In this document: positions 35,478 to 46,400 of the stretch, piece after piece
Layout: the number at the start of each line of letters is the position of its first letter
Numbering within the stretch: position 1 is the stretch's first letter
Source of the DNA: an uncultured virus (IMG/VR IMGVR_UViG_3300009161_000002)
Lineage: Duplodnaviria > Heunggongvirae > Uroviricota > Caudoviricetes
Virus record (IMG/VR): IMGVR_UViG_3300009161_000002
DNA: 64,000 nucleotides
Direction: 5' to 3' (one strand)
The notes under the pieces: generated by a model
Databases searched by the model: none
What the model saw: only the letters and a program-made list of their open reading frames with translations
What the model was told of the DNA's origin: nothing
Position numbers and translations under genes: made by a program

Positions 35478-36752
35478 ATGAATATTCTAAAAATAACATG
35501 CGATGTAGCTAGATATAGTGTAAACTATGATCGTTTTCCTGATGGAACATTTGAAATCAATATGATAACAGGAGATTTTAATACAGAAATTACTGATTTA
35601 TTTAACTTAGTTAAAACACCATATAACCCTAGTAAAGGAGATAAAATCTATTTTTTACCGGGTGTAAATGTACCTAGAGTAAAATTTAAAAATGTATGTG
35701 TAGAATATGGCATTAGAACTATACGAGATATAGAACAAGCAACTGTTATATTTGCTTCTAAGAAAAGTTTAAGTGATATTACAACATCTCATTGGTCATA
35801 CAAATGTAAGACTGAAGATTTCAAAGCTTTTATTGAACTATACAAATCTGATATAGATGATCACAATCTTGATAAAATAGAAACTGCATTGGAGTATTAT
35901 GATAAAGAGCTTATTGCAATAGACTATAACTTAAAGGACTGGATTTCAAACAAAATTCCTCAAGATGCTGCTTTTCCATACAGTGAAAGATTATCTATGA
36001 TTAAAGATGAGTATGCTGATTTATATAATTCAATTCTAGGTAAAGAACTTTTAGATGAATCATGTGTAATGAATGTATTAAATGGTGAAGATGCTACTGA
36101 AATTGATAAAGATATGTTTGAACATCTTTCAGAAATGTTTGAAAGTTCAGATAATGATAATCACGTTCTTGCTATGGAAATCATGGCTAATTCTAAGTAT
36201 GTAGAAAGTTTGATTTATTTAGAACTTTTGTTTTATAAATATGCTGGTAAGATATCTGATAGACATACTAGAAATCATGTTAATTTCAAATCTTTAATTG
36301 GTTATCTAGGTAAAGATAAAAGTTATCTTAGTACTAATATTGATGATATTGCTAAAAGTTTAGAGAATAAAGATCAGTTTACTACAGATAAATTAGAAAT
36401 TATCATGGAGTATTTAAGTAATGATATCCAACGCACTGGAGACAGTGAATACTTTACTGTAAAAACTATTACTGTTCATCCTGATCATATTGCAAAATTA
36501 AATTCAAATTATACTTATGAGACACAAAAAGATTATGTCCCTACATTAGTAGAAAAGCCTATAACTGAAGAAGAAATAGAAGAAATTCCAATTCAAATAG
36601 AAGCAGTTATTGAAGAACAAGAATCTGAGATTACAGTAGAAGATATTCTAGAAGAAGAAGTTGTAACAAATTTAGACAACATTTGTGACAAACCTGAATC
36701 AAATAACAATCAAATAAAAACAAATGACACCAATGACTTTGACTGGTTCTGA
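35478..36752 (+). CDS. Hypothetical protein (possible BRCT-like segment, acidic tail)
   Basis: 424 aa; KIYFLPGVNVPRVKF...IRDIEQATVIF. Confidence 0.75.
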   Translation: MNILKITCDVARYSVNYDRFPDGTFEINMITGDFNTEITDLFNLVKTPYNPSKGDKIYFLPGVNVPRVKFKNVCVEYGIRTIRDIEQATVIFASKKSLSDITTSHWSYKCKTEDFKAFIELYKSDIDDHNLDKIETALEYYDKELIAIDYNLKDWISNKIPQDAAFPYSERLSMIKDEYADLYNSILGKELLDESCVMNVLNGEDATEIDKDMFEHLSEMFESSDNDNHVLAMEIMANSKYVESLIYLELLFYKYAGKISDRHTRNHVNFKSLIGYLGKDKSYLSTNIDDIAKSLENKDQFTTDKLEIIMEYLSNDIQRTGDSEYFTVKTITVHPDHIAKLNSNYTYETQKDYVPTLVEKPITEEEIEEIPIQIEAVIEEQESEITVEDILEEEVVTNLDNICDKPESNNNQIKTNDTNDFDWF

Positions 36753-37731
36753 TGAACTTGAACTTTTTTACAAAAAAAAGTTTTACTTTAGTTACAGTGG
36801 GATTAATAAGTTATTGTTCTCACCTGTAATGTTTTACAATCATTATGTGCTCAACCAAAGAGAAGACAGTACAGACACGCACCTGGTAGCAGGTCGTGTC
36901 TTACACTGCCTTCTACTGGAGGAGGACAATTTTGATAAACAATTTGTAACTTTACCTGGTAAGATCCCAACAGATAGCCAGAAAAAAATTATAGATAATA
37001 TTTTCAAATATCACTTGTCATTAGGAAATAATACCTTAAATTTGTCTGATTACTCACAAGAAATACTTACACAACTCCTTACAGTTAACTTATATCAAGC
37101 TCTTAAAACTGATCAACAAAGAATTGACAAGATTTTAACTCAAGAGAACATTGATTATTTTGAATTCCTCAAAACTTGTTTAGATAAAACAGTAGTTGAT
37201 GAGCCAACATTAGCAGCATGTAAAATGTCTGTAGATGTTCTTAAAGCTAATCAGGAAGTAAGAGCACTGTTACAAATAAACAAAGATGAAGATGACAAAA
37301 CTATTGAGGTTTACAATGAGTTATTTATTAAAGCCGAACCAAGTGAACAGACATTTGGCTTTCATGGAATGCTTGACAATATTGTTATAGATCACAATAC
37401 AAAAACTATCTTTATTAATGACTTAAAGACTCTTGGTAAGTCCATACAAGATTTCCCAGATTCTGTGGAGTATTATAGATATTGGATTCAAGCCATTATT
37501 TATATACAGTTAGCAAAATATCATTTCACAGAATTTGCAGATTATAATTTTCAGATTACATTTATTGTAATTGACAAGTATAATCAGGTATATCCTTATC
37601 AAGTATCTTCAGAAACACTAATTAAATGGAAATCTGATTTTGATACTGTAATTTCCAAAGTTGCTTGGCATTATGATAACAAAAAATATGATCTTCCATA
37701 TGAATTAGCATTAGGAAATGTAAAACTATAA
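36724..37731 (+). CDS. PD-(D/E)XK exonuclease (RecE/ExoVIII-like)
   Basis: FSYSGI, GRVLHCLLLE, GMLDNIVID...INDLKT, YRYWIQAIIY. Confidence 0.85.
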   Translation: MTPMTLTGSDELELFYKKKFYFSYSGINKLLFSPVMFYNHYVLNQREDSTDTHLVAGRVLHCLLLEEDNFDKQFVTLPGKIPTDSQKKIIDNIFKYHLSLGNNTLNLSDYSQEILTQLLTVNLYQALKTDQQRIDKILTQENIDYFEFLKTCLDKTVVDEPTLAACKMSVDVLKANQEVRALLQINKDEDDKTIEVYNELFIKAEPSEQTFGFHGMLDNIVIDHNTKTIFINDLKTLGKSIQDFPDSVEYYRYWIQAIIYIQLAKYHFTEFADYNFQITFIVIDKYNQVYPYQVSSETLIKWKSDFDTVISKVAWHYDNKKYDLPYELALGNVKL

Positions 37732-37736
37732 AGATT

Positions 37737-38318
37737 ATGGCTTTAAATTCTGTTTATAAGAAGTATTTTCAAAAATCCAAGGTGTTTTTATATCCGCTAC
37801 TTGGAATAAAAAGAGGTGTAAGTGTTATTCCAGTTGAAACTTATTTTGGTTGGGATGGCTATTACAACTCTGAGGATATGAAATTAATATGTGTATATGA
37901 TATAAGAACAGATGATGAGTATATTTTATTTGAGAAAAATATTTTGTTAAAACACAATAGACTTTGTGATTATATAAAAGTAAACTCTCAAGCTATATTA
38001 ACATTTGATTTTTCCGATATGGAAAATGATTGGTTCCATTTAATTAATGGAAGATATAGTAAAATAAGTTTAGAATTAAAGCAAAAAATCCTTGGCTTTT
38101 TTGATAAATACAGTGGCAATTATGCATACATACATAGTTATTTAATACCAGAAAAGTATTTTAATAATTATGCTGAACTTTTAGATGTTGAGCCTGAGAT
38201 GTTGATAAAAGTTGGAGAATTATGCAGCAAACCAGATACTGCTAAAGAAACTTTAGTAATTGAAATAGCAGATTTGGATAATATAAATGAAAAATTGTTA
38301 AATTTGTCAAAACCATAA
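37737..38318 (+). CDS. Hypothetical protein
   Basis: 193 aa; GRYSKIS. Confidence 0.8.
   Translation: MALNSVYKKYFQKSKVFLYPLLGIKRGVSVIPVETYFGWDGYYNSEDMKLICVYDIRTDDEYILFEKNILLKHNRLCDYIKVNSQAILTFDFSDMENDWFHLINGRYSKISLELKQKILGFFDKYSGNYAYIHSYLIPEKYFNNYAELLDVEPEMLIKVGELCSKPDTAKETLVIEIADLDNINEKLLNLSKP
38299..38306 (+). promoter_or_regulatory. Bacteroidota-type -7 box TAAATTTG
   Basis: 16 nt upstream of ATG 38323. Confidence 0.45.
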
Positions 38319-38322
38319 AAAA

Positions 38323-38679
38323 ATGAATAAATCAATGATGCTTGTACAAGCAACTTGGCAAGAAAGCCAAACTTTTAGAATGATTCCTACTAGCACAGAC
38401 TGTCCATATGTAGAATGTATCTTTGACCCTACTAGTAATGTATTTGTAGTGATCTCTAATATTAAAAAAACAACATTACATATGTTGCCAAAATTAGATG
38501 AATACGGTCAACCACTTACAGGAAGTAAAGGAATGAAACAAGAAAGACATAAGTTGGAAGTTTTTCAAGAATTTTATGTTGAAGATAAAAAAGCAACAGA
38601 AGAATTAATTCAAGCATTTGCAGTTAATGCAGAGAGTTTTGATTACAAAAAGTTTATGAAAGAAGCTAAAAAAGCATAA
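38323..38679 (+). CDS. Hypothetical protein
   Basis: 118 aa. Confidence 0.8.
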   Translation: MNKSMMLVQATWQESQTFRMIPTSTDCPYVECIFDPTSNVFVVISNIKKTTLHMLPKLDEYGQPLTGSKGMKQERHKLEVFQEFYVEDKKATEELIQAFAVNAESFDYKKFMKEAKKA

Positions 38680-38696
38680 ATTTACTATCACTTGAG

Positions 38697-38725
38697 AAGG
38701 GTGGGTATATGCTCACCCTTTTTTT
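38697..38725 (+). terminator. Intrinsic terminator
   Basis: AAGGGTGGGT/GCTCACCCTT plus TTTTT. Confidence 0.75.
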
Positions 38726-38765
38726 ATTTACTAAAAGGGGAAACAGCTTAACTGAATAATAGCCT

Positions 38766-40670
38766 ATGAGAACACATTGGGTAATGGACTATGAAACTCT
38801 TAAAAATTGTTTCATAGGGGTATTTGAAGATGTAAAATCTGAATACCGAGAAATATTTGTATGTCACAAGTCTAAAAATGATATTGTAGACTTAATACAC
38901 TTTCTAAAAAGAAATCAAAGTTTAAATGAATGGCATATATCCTTTAATGGATTAGCATTTGACAGTCAAATAACTGAGCACATTCTTAGGAATGAAGATC
39001 AGTTAGTTTATGGTTATGGGGATGGTGAAGAAATTGCAAGATGGATTTATCAGAAAGCACAAGAGTCTATCCAGAAAAGTAATGACAGAGAGTTTGCTAC
39101 GTTTAGTCCTAAAGATTTAAGTATTAGACAAATTGATGTCTTTAAACTTAATCATTGGGATAATCCAGCTAAGAGAAGTTCATTAAAATGGATTCAGTAT
39201 ACAATGGATTGGAAGAACATAATGGACATGCCAATACATCATACTACTGAAGTAGAAGATTATCAGATTCCCGAAATCATCAAGTATTGTATTAATGATG
39301 TTAAGTCTACTAAGAAGATCATGCACTTAAGTAAAGAGCAAATTAATCTTAGAAAAGCATTAACAGAAGAATATGATATAGATTTGTTTTCAGCTTCTGA
39401 GCCTCGTATTTCTAAAGAATTGTTTTTACATTTCTTAAGTAAATCTACAGGTATCAAAAAATATGATTTGAAACAATTAAGAACACAACGTGATCAAATT
39501 GTCTTTAAAGATATTATATTACCTTATATTGAATTCAAGACAGCTACGTTTCAAAATCTCCTAAAGAAGTTTCAAGAAGTGGTTTTATATCCCGGAGAAA
39601 CTAAAGGAGGTTTTAAATATTCTGTGCAGTATAAAGGTGTAAAGACTGATTATGGTCTTGGTGGTATTCACGGTGCAAGACCTAGTAAAGTTTACAACTC
39701 AAATGATGATATGATTATTATGAGTTCTGATGTTGTAAGTTTTTATCCAAATTTAGCAATTAGAAACAATTGGGCACCAGCACATTTACCTAAAGAAGAA
39801 TTTTCTCAACTATATGAGTGGTTCTTTGAAGAAAGAAAGAAGATTCCAAAATCAGATCCTAAAAATTATGTATACAAGATTATCTTAAATTCAACCTATG
39901 GATTGAGCAATGATGAGAATAGTTTTCTGTATGATCCTCAATTTACAATGAGTATTACTATAAATGGTCAGCTAAGTCTTAGCATGCTCTATGAGATGAT
40001 TTGTGAAGAGATTCCAGGTGCTGCTCCAATAATGCAGAATACAGATGGTCTTGAGACATTAATCCCAAGAGAGTATGAAGCACAGTATATGGAGATTTGT
40101 GCAAGATGGGAAAAGATGACTAATCTTTTATTAGAACATGATAAGTATTCTAAGATTGTTCTGGGTGATGTAAATAATTACATTGCAGTAAATGAAGCTG
40201 GTAAATCTAAATGTAAAGGTAGATTTGAGTATAAAGATTTAGCTCTTCATAAAAATAAAAGTTTTCTAGTAATACCTAAAGCATTGCATGCATATTTTGT
40301 AGATGGTGTTAAACCTGAAAAGTTTATAAATGAAAATTTAAACATTTTTGATTTTTGTGGTGGTGTAAAAATTAAAGGAGACTGGAAGTTTACAGAACAC
40401 AAAGTAGTAGATGGTCTTTATAAAGAAGAACCTTTACAACACACAATAAGATATTATGTCTCTAAAACAGGGTCTAAAATTATTAAAAAGAATAACTCAG
40501 ACAATAGAGAAATCCAGGTAGAAGCTGGGAAATGGATGCAAAGTCTAATGATTGACTATGTAGATAAACCATTTGAAGAATACAATATTAACTATGATTA
40601 CTATCTAGAGAAGATAAGAAAAGAAATAAATTCTCTAGAACCATTTTCAAACCAATTAAGTTTATTTTAA
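38766..40670 (+). CDS. polB: Family B DNA polymerase with a 3'-5' exonuclease domain
   Basis: DYE, FNGLAFD, YCINDV; SDVVSFYPN, KIILNSTYG, QNTDG, DVNNY, KCKG. Confidence 0.95.
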   Translation: MRTHWVMDYETLKNCFIGVFEDVKSEYREIFVCHKSKNDIVDLIHFLKRNQSLNEWHISFNGLAFDSQITEHILRNEDQLVYGYGDGEEIARWIYQKAQESIQKSNDREFATFSPKDLSIRQIDVFKLNHWDNPAKRSSLKWIQYTMDWKNIMDMPIHHTTEVEDYQIPEIIKYCINDVKSTKKIMHLSKEQINLRKALTEEYDIDLFSASEPRISKELFLHFLSKSTGIKKYDLKQLRTQRDQIVFKDIILPYIEFKTATFQNLLKKFQEVVLYPGETKGGFKYSVQYKGVKTDYGLGGIHGARPSKVYNSNDDMIIMSSDVVSFYPNLAIRNNWAPAHLPKEEFSQLYEWFFEERKKIPKSDPKNYVYKIILNSTYGLSNDENSFLYDPQFTMSITINGQLSLSMLYEMICEEIPGAAPIMQNTDGLETLIPREYEAQYMEICARWEKMTNLLLEHDKYSKIVLGDVNNYIAVNEAGKSKCKGRFEYKDLALHKNKSFLVIPKALHAYFVDGVKPEKFINENLNIFDFCGGVKIKGDWKFTEHKVVDGLYKEEPLQHTIRYYVSKTGSKIIKKNNSDNREIQVEAGKWMQSLMIDYVDKPFEEYNINYDYYLEKIRKEINSLEPFSNQLSLF

Positions 40671-40672
40671 TT

Positions 40673-41902
40673 ATGCCAAAGAAAATTCAACACACAACAA
40701 AAGCAAATTTGTTATCAATAGATTTGCCACAACATGGAGCTAGTTACACTGTAATTAGTCATGAGTTTATTATTAATTATGCACACCAAGCCCTGTCTGC
40801 TGCAGGGTTTATAGTTTTAGAAGAGGAGTACAGATGTACTGCTGATGGGCAGATTGCTCAAGGAGTTTATAAACTAAACTACAATAATGATCCTGAATTA
40901 GCTATGATGTTTGCTTGGACAAATAGTTATAATAAACAAGTAAAGTTTAAATGTGTAATCGGTGCTTATGTAAATAAGACTGGTTCAGTTATGATTTCAG
41001 GAGATATAGGTAGTTGGGTTAGAAAACATACAGGAACTGCAGATACAGAAACACAAGAGACAATAGATTCTTACATTTCTAATGCACACATGTACTACAA
41101 TCAATTATGTAGTGACAAAGCTTCTATGGAAACAATCTCCCTAAATAAGAGAAAACAATCACAGCTATTGGGTGTACTATTTGCAGAGTATGAAATTCTA
41201 ACAACTGAGCAAGCTAGTATGGTAAGAGATCAAATGAAGAAACCTTATCATGTATTTACTAATACAGATAGTTTATGGGCCTTTTATAACTATGTTACTA
41301 TTGCTCTTCAGACATCACATCCTAAAACATGGATGGAGGATCAAAGAATATTACACTACTTTATTTCTAGTATTAATAACTTTGCACAGGCTCCAGCAGT
41401 TGTTGTTGTTCCTGTAGTAGAAGAGGTAGTTGTACCGGTGGTCTATTCAGATCCTAATCAAACAAACTTGTTAGATCAGATTGCCGATATGGAGGCTGAT
41501 ATAATAGATGAAGATATCAGATATGCTGCAAATGATGAAGAAGAAAGAGTATTAACTGAAAATGAATTAGCTCATCAGTTATATGGTGTAGATAATGACA
41601 TAGAAGTCTCTATTGCTGCGCTAGAAAATGAAGAGTTAAATGATGAAGAAGAAGTTATAGATGAATTAGAAGTAGAAGAACTAGCTTTAGAGCAACCTGA
41701 AGAATCTATATTGCAATATACCGATAAAGATGGTAATACATTTGAGTCTATAGAATTTCATAATGCAGCTGTAGAAACTTCAGTAACAGAAAAAGAAATT
41801 ATTGAAGACACTAAAGATGAATTTGCATTAGCAGATAATTTTGAGCTAGACTTCAATGAAGAAACTAATGAAGATCCAGATTCACTTCCGGACTTCTTTT
41901 AG
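40673..41902 (+). CDS. DUF932-like protein with a long acidic tail
   Basis: SYTVISH, NSYNK, RKHTG, SLWAFYNYVT; the C-terminal ~150 aa are E/D-rich. Confidence 0.7.
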   Translation: MPKKIQHTTKANLLSIDLPQHGASYTVISHEFIINYAHQALSAAGFIVLEEEYRCTADGQIAQGVYKLNYNNDPELAMMFAWTNSYNKQVKFKCVIGAYVNKTGSVMISGDIGSWVRKHTGTADTETQETIDSYISNAHMYYNQLCSDKASMETISLNKRKQSQLLGVLFAEYEILTTEQASMVRDQMKKPYHVFTNTDSLWAFYNYVTIALQTSHPKTWMEDQRILHYFISSINNFAQAPAVVVVPVVEEVVVPVVYSDPNQTNLLDQIADMEADIIDEDIRYAANDEEERVLTENELAHQLYGVDNDIEVSIAALENEELNDEEEVIDELEVEELALEQPEESILQYTDKDGNTFESIEFHNAAVETSVTEKEIIEDTKDEFALADNFELDFNEETNEDPDSLPDFF

Positions 41903-41922
41903 TGATGAATAAATTATCAATT

Positions 41923-41953
41923 AAGGGGTGGTGAAAACTATCCCTTTTTTTTT
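41923..41953 (+). terminator. Intrinsic terminator
   Basis: AAGGGGTGGT-GAAA-ACTATCCCTT plus a T run. Confidence 0.75.
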
Positions 41954-41960
41954 ACCTTTG
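41953..41960 (+). promoter_or_regulatory. Bacteroidota-type -7 box TACCTTTG
   Basis: TAnnTTTG 4 nt before ATG 41965. Confidence 0.55.
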
Positions 41961-41964
41961 TAAT

Positions 41965-42351
41965 ATGAAAAAACAACTAGAAGCCGTAGAAAAGTTCCAT
42001 AATGCATTTGGACAAAACAATGGTAAATATCCAAGACCATTAACTGAAGATGAATATGAACTTAGACACTCTCTTATGCAAGAAGAGAATGATGAATACT
42101 TAGATGCATGTGATGAAAATTCATTAGTAGAAATTGCTGATGCTTTAGGGGATCAGTTGTATATCTTATGTGGTACAATTCTTAGACACGGTATGCAGCA
42201 TATCATAGAAGATGTATTTGATGAAATTCAAGCAAGTAATATGAGTAAGTTAGGTGATGATGGAAAACCAGTGCTTAGAGAAGATGGAAAAATCTTAAAG
42301 GGCCCTGGATTCTTTAAACCAGAACTTAATAAATTTATTAAACAAGAATAA
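41965..42351 (+). CDS. MazG/PRA-PH-like NTP pyrophosphohydrolase
   Basis: FHNAFG, LMQEENDEY, EIADALGDQLY, SNMSK, REDGKILKGPGFF. Confidence 0.9.
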   Translation: MKKQLEAVEKFHNAFGQNNGKYPRPLTEDEYELRHSLMQEENDEYLDACDENSLVEIADALGDQLYILCGTILRHGMQHIIEDVFDEIQASNMSKLGDDGKPVLREDGKILKGPGFFKPELNKFIKQE

Positions 42352-42353
42352 GT

Positions 42354-42965
42354 ATGTTTCAAATTAACTCAAATCTTAACAAAAGATTTTTTGTAGTAGA
42401 TGACTTCTATGAAGATCCTATGGCAGTAAGAGAGCATGCATTAGCTCAGACATACTTTCCAGGAGAAGGAGCTGTAGGTGAAAGAACCCGTGATCAGTTT
42501 TTATTTGAAGGATTAAAAGAAAAGTTTGAAGAGATCATGCAAGTTAAAATTGCTGATATAACTGAAGATGGATTTGGTTGGTATAATGTAGGTATTAATG
42601 GTAGATTTCAATCTTGTATAGGAGGAGTACCACAAGTTTTTCATTGTGATGCACAGAAGTGGGCAGGTGTATTATTCTTGACTCCAGATGCTCCACCTCA
42701 ATCAGGTACAAGTTTTTATAGAAATAAACAGTCTAAAGTTTATCATAATGAGCAGATAGACTGGTCTGTTGGTGAGAATGGTAATGCATTCAGTAAAGAT
42801 ACATTTCTAGATCCAACTCCATTTGAAAGACAGGATACAGTAGGAAATGTATTTAATAGACTTGTCCTTTTTGATGGAGGCCTGATTCATTCAGGTAATG
42901 ATTACTTTGGTCACAATAGAGAAACTGGAAGACTATTTCAAATATTCTTTTTTAACGAAGCATAA
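42354..42965 (+). CDS. 2OG-Fe(II) oxygenase (DUF6445-like)
   Basis: VVDDFYEDP, HCD, WAGVLFLTP, GTSFY, FNRLVLF...H, RLFQIFFF. Confidence 0.85.
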   Translation: MFQINSNLNKRFFVVDDFYEDPMAVREHALAQTYFPGEGAVGERTRDQFLFEGLKEKFEEIMQVKIADITEDGFGWYNVGINGRFQSCIGGVPQVFHCDAQKWAGVLFLTPDAPPQSGTSFYRNKQSKVYHNEQIDWSVGENGNAFSKDTFLDPTPFERQDTVGNVFNRLVLFDGGLIHSGNDYFGHNRETGRLFQIFFFNEA

Positions 42966-43043
42966 TGGAAGATGATATAGAAGCATCATTAACAAGACAA
43001 GGTGTTGATTTATCTAAATATAAACTAGTAGCAATAAAAGAAG

Positions 43044-43226
43044 ATGAACAAAGTAATGATTAAAAAGCTTCTTATTGAAGCTTATCTTTCTGGTGCAGAA
43101 GCTATGTACTGTGGATGTTATGCTATGCCTACAAAAGCTGAGGCTAGGGATTGGTATGATCAAGAATATGGTATACAAGACACAGAAACCACAGAAGATT
43201 GTGATTGTTGTGAAGAAAAAGATTAA
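43044..43226 (+). CDS. Small Cys-containing protein
   Basis: 60 aa; last plus-strand gene before the terminator. Confidence 0.55.
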   Translation: MNKVMIKKLLIEAYLSGAEAMYCGCYAMPTKAEARDWYDQEYGIQDTETTEDCDCCEEKD

Positions 43227-43228
43227 AT

Positions 43229-43258
43229 AAAGGGGACTTAACGGTTCCCTTTTTTTTT
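43229..43258. terminator. Terminator at the convergent junction
   Basis: AAAGGGGAC/GTTCCCTTT plus a T run, between convergent blocks. Confidence 0.75.
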
Positions 43259-43263
43259 CCTTG

Positions 43264-43407
43264 TTACTTTCCTTGAGAATTATATCTTTTTTTATAATTC
43301 TTTGAACTCTTAAGTTTAGATGATTTAGTTTTTGAATGTATCCCAGGACGTGATACCTTTACTTTATCATGCTTTTTTATTAATCCTGTTGTTATTTTTT
43401 TTGCCAT
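43264..43407 (-). CDS. Small highly basic protein (47 aa)
   Basis: Manual translation MAKKITTGLIKKHDKVKVSRPGIHSKTKSSKLKSSKNYKKRYNSQGK; starts 2 nt after the upstream stop. Confidence 0.7.
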   Translation of the reverse strand: MAKKITTGLIKKHDKVKVSRPGIHSKTKSSKLKSSKNYKKRYNSQGK

Positions 43408-43409
43408 TT

Positions 43410-46400
43410 TTAACTTCCTCTTTTAGAACTGTTTTTAACCATATTTTCAAATTGTGTAACTGGATCCCCAGTACCTCCGGATAAACCAAATATCTTACCT
43501 AATTTACTCCAAATCTTTAGTTCCCCTTCTTGTTTCCAAGAATAAGGTCCAGTATCTCTTTTATATCTATCCATTTCTGAAAATGTTACAAAGTCTAACA
43601 CGTCTCCAAATATATCAATATAAAGTACAACAGTGTTATACCATGATGTTGTTGTTTGTGTGATCATTTTTACATAGTCATCTGACCCAAAGTTTATTCC
43701 TTTTATATTAGGTAATGGAACAAATGCACTAGACTCTGCTTGAACACCCATTGCTAATAGTAACATGTGGTTTGCTAAGAACCCATAAGTATTAAAACTA
43801 TCTTCATTAATTGCACCAGACTTAGCTCTTAATTTTTTCCATTTATCATCATCCTCTGGATCAAATCCAAACAACATTAATGATAATAGAGCAAGACCAA
43901 TTGCAAAGAATCCTTCTCCGGCCATTTTTCTTACAGCACTTTTTTCTTGTTCTGTTAAATAACTATAGTTTTTAAAACCAGATTTCATAGTTTTAAGCAT
44001 TGTTTGAAATGCTGTTATGTAAAAACCTTTACCGTAAGATGTTGTAGCCCAGTCATATCTCTCACCACCACCGGTCCATGAAATAGTTTTAGTATCAAAA
44101 CCAACTCTATTCATTAACATAGGTGTAAACCATTTTCTCATAAAGAAAAACATTCTGTAGAGTAATAACTTATTACCTTCAGGTTGTCCCATTTCATCAT
44201 ATGTACCAAATAGTTTTCTTGAAGTACCTTGAATTCTATTCTTAAGTCCCATAAATAACTCTGACTTAGCAGTAATAAGTTCTTGACCATCTTCAAGCTG
44301 TACTTCAGATTTAATCCTGTTCTTAGCTTTAAGCTCATCAACACTTATGTAATACTTTTTAGCAATTTCTGCTAAAGTTTCACCTTTAACATACTCATGA
44401 TAAACAGAAAGATTATTCCATCCTGGGTGTACTCCTTTTTTTAACCTAATAATACCATCATCATCTTTTTCCCAAGCTTCAATGTATCTCATTGATTTTT
44501 TAGTACCGTCACCAAGAATTTGATCTATTTTTTGTCCATACATAAAAGCACCAAATAATGAAACTGCAACTTGCATCTCACCAAATTTTCTGTGCATGTA
44601 CATCCACTCCATATTAACTAGATCTTTTACTAATGATCTCTCTATCTCTCTACCGAATTGGTCTTTAGATTTAAAGGTAGGATCAAAGATCTGAATTAAC
44701 TGTGTAGATATAGCTCCAGGTCCTGTTTGATAGATGCCTTTTGTTGACCATTCTAACATAGCTCTTTCTGCCCAAGGTCGTGCTAATGCAATATCTTTAA
44801 GATTAATAAACTCAGCACCTGCACCTTCAATGATCAACTGTACATAAGCACCGTATTTGTTTTTTAAATCAGAAGGAATATTGACAGCTAATGAACCCAT
44901 AGCAGATAAACTTTGAAGTTGATTTATCCATTTACCAAATCCAGGGTGAGTTTCCTCAATACCCTCAACCATCTTACCGTAGTATTCTCTTTCAATTAAA
45001 GATTTTACTTGACCAAGTCTATTATTAGTTGCAAACTTTTTCTTTGCATTTGTAAGGGTCCCTTTTAAACTATAGATATTCTTATCAAACTTCTCTAATT
45101 CTTTAGGAGCATTATCAGGATCCTCTAAAGTGTCTAAGATACTTTGTACAAGAGGTAAACTTTCTAGAAGTTTTCCTTGTGTTTGTACAGACAATGCATA
45201 TCTAAATAATCCTTGGAAAACATCAGCATCTTGTACAGCAATGTCTAAATTATAGATACCAGATACTGGTACGTATGATATTTGATTTCCATCAAGATCA
45301 GTATTTACTAAGTTGTTTTCAGGATTATAGTTTAAGTCATTCTCAGCATCCATTACAGATTTACCTAATGCTTGATTATACCACTCCTTTACATTTGCCC
45401 CTAATTCAGAAAACCTCTGACCATAAGCACCTTTTTGCATTGCTTGGTATATGTCTCCTTTTTTAAGAGCATATCTAGGCATGTCAAGATATAACTTACT
45501 ATAACTACTTTGTCCTTTTTGATTTTCTAAATGATATTCTTTAATTGCTTCAAGTAACTTAAACTCATTACTATTAGCAGCTTGCATTTGAAAATACTTT
45601 TCATTCATGAATCTTTTGTCACGAGCACTGTATTTTGAAGTTGGATCATAAAGTCTTGGTAACCATTGATTTTTATTATCAATATACTTACCTACATAAT
45701 CTGATTTTGCTTCACCAAATGGGATAGTTCTGTATGCATCTTTAACCTGATATCTAGAATGTCTTGCATTAGGTACACCCATAAGAACAACTTCTTCTCC
45801 ATTTCTATCTAAAATTTTAGTAAACTTGATGTTACTTTCATCTTTAGGTATAGAAACAGTATTAGCTTTTGTTCTTTTGTATCTAGCAATGTATGCTCTA
45901 GTTGGTTTATCATACTTTTGAATCACATAATGATTTGTGTTAAACCAACTTTTGAATGCCTCATCAGCTTCTAACATTTCTTCAAACTCTTCAGTATTGA
46001 TAAAGTCATCAATCTCATCAATCTCTAACTCTTTAATATTTTGTTTAGACAAATTGTAATTTAATGTCTCTACGTAATATGTAGTAGGCATGTTTACAGA
46101 TAAGTCAGATAACTCAGAGAAGATATCTTGAATTCTAGCTGAATCTTCAGGACTAATTCCTTGTGCATTTAGTAAGTCTAATAGATACATGTATCTTTTA
46201 GATTCTGCAGACCCAGCTTGTAGTAATCCTTTTCTAGCTTTTTCTGATAGTTCTCTTAACTCTTCGGAGTCTTCTTTAGAGAGGCCCGTGGAAGAATCAA
46301 ATCTAAATTTAAAATCTACAATATATTGTTCTAAATCTCTGATTCTTTCAAGTCTTGTTTGACCCATAGCATTGCTATCAGGTTCCCCTTGCTCATCCCT

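Noticed and set aside
38766..40670. Intein or intron in the polymerase (also considered for helicases and vRNAP)
   Set aside because: ORFs are continuous with motifs at normal spacing; no splice-junction or homing-nuclease insert was seen.
42354..42965. 2OG oxygenase as a collagen prolyl/lysyl hydroxylase
   Set aside because: The visible collagen has almost no Pro or Lys in its triplets, and the gene is 36 kb away in another unit.
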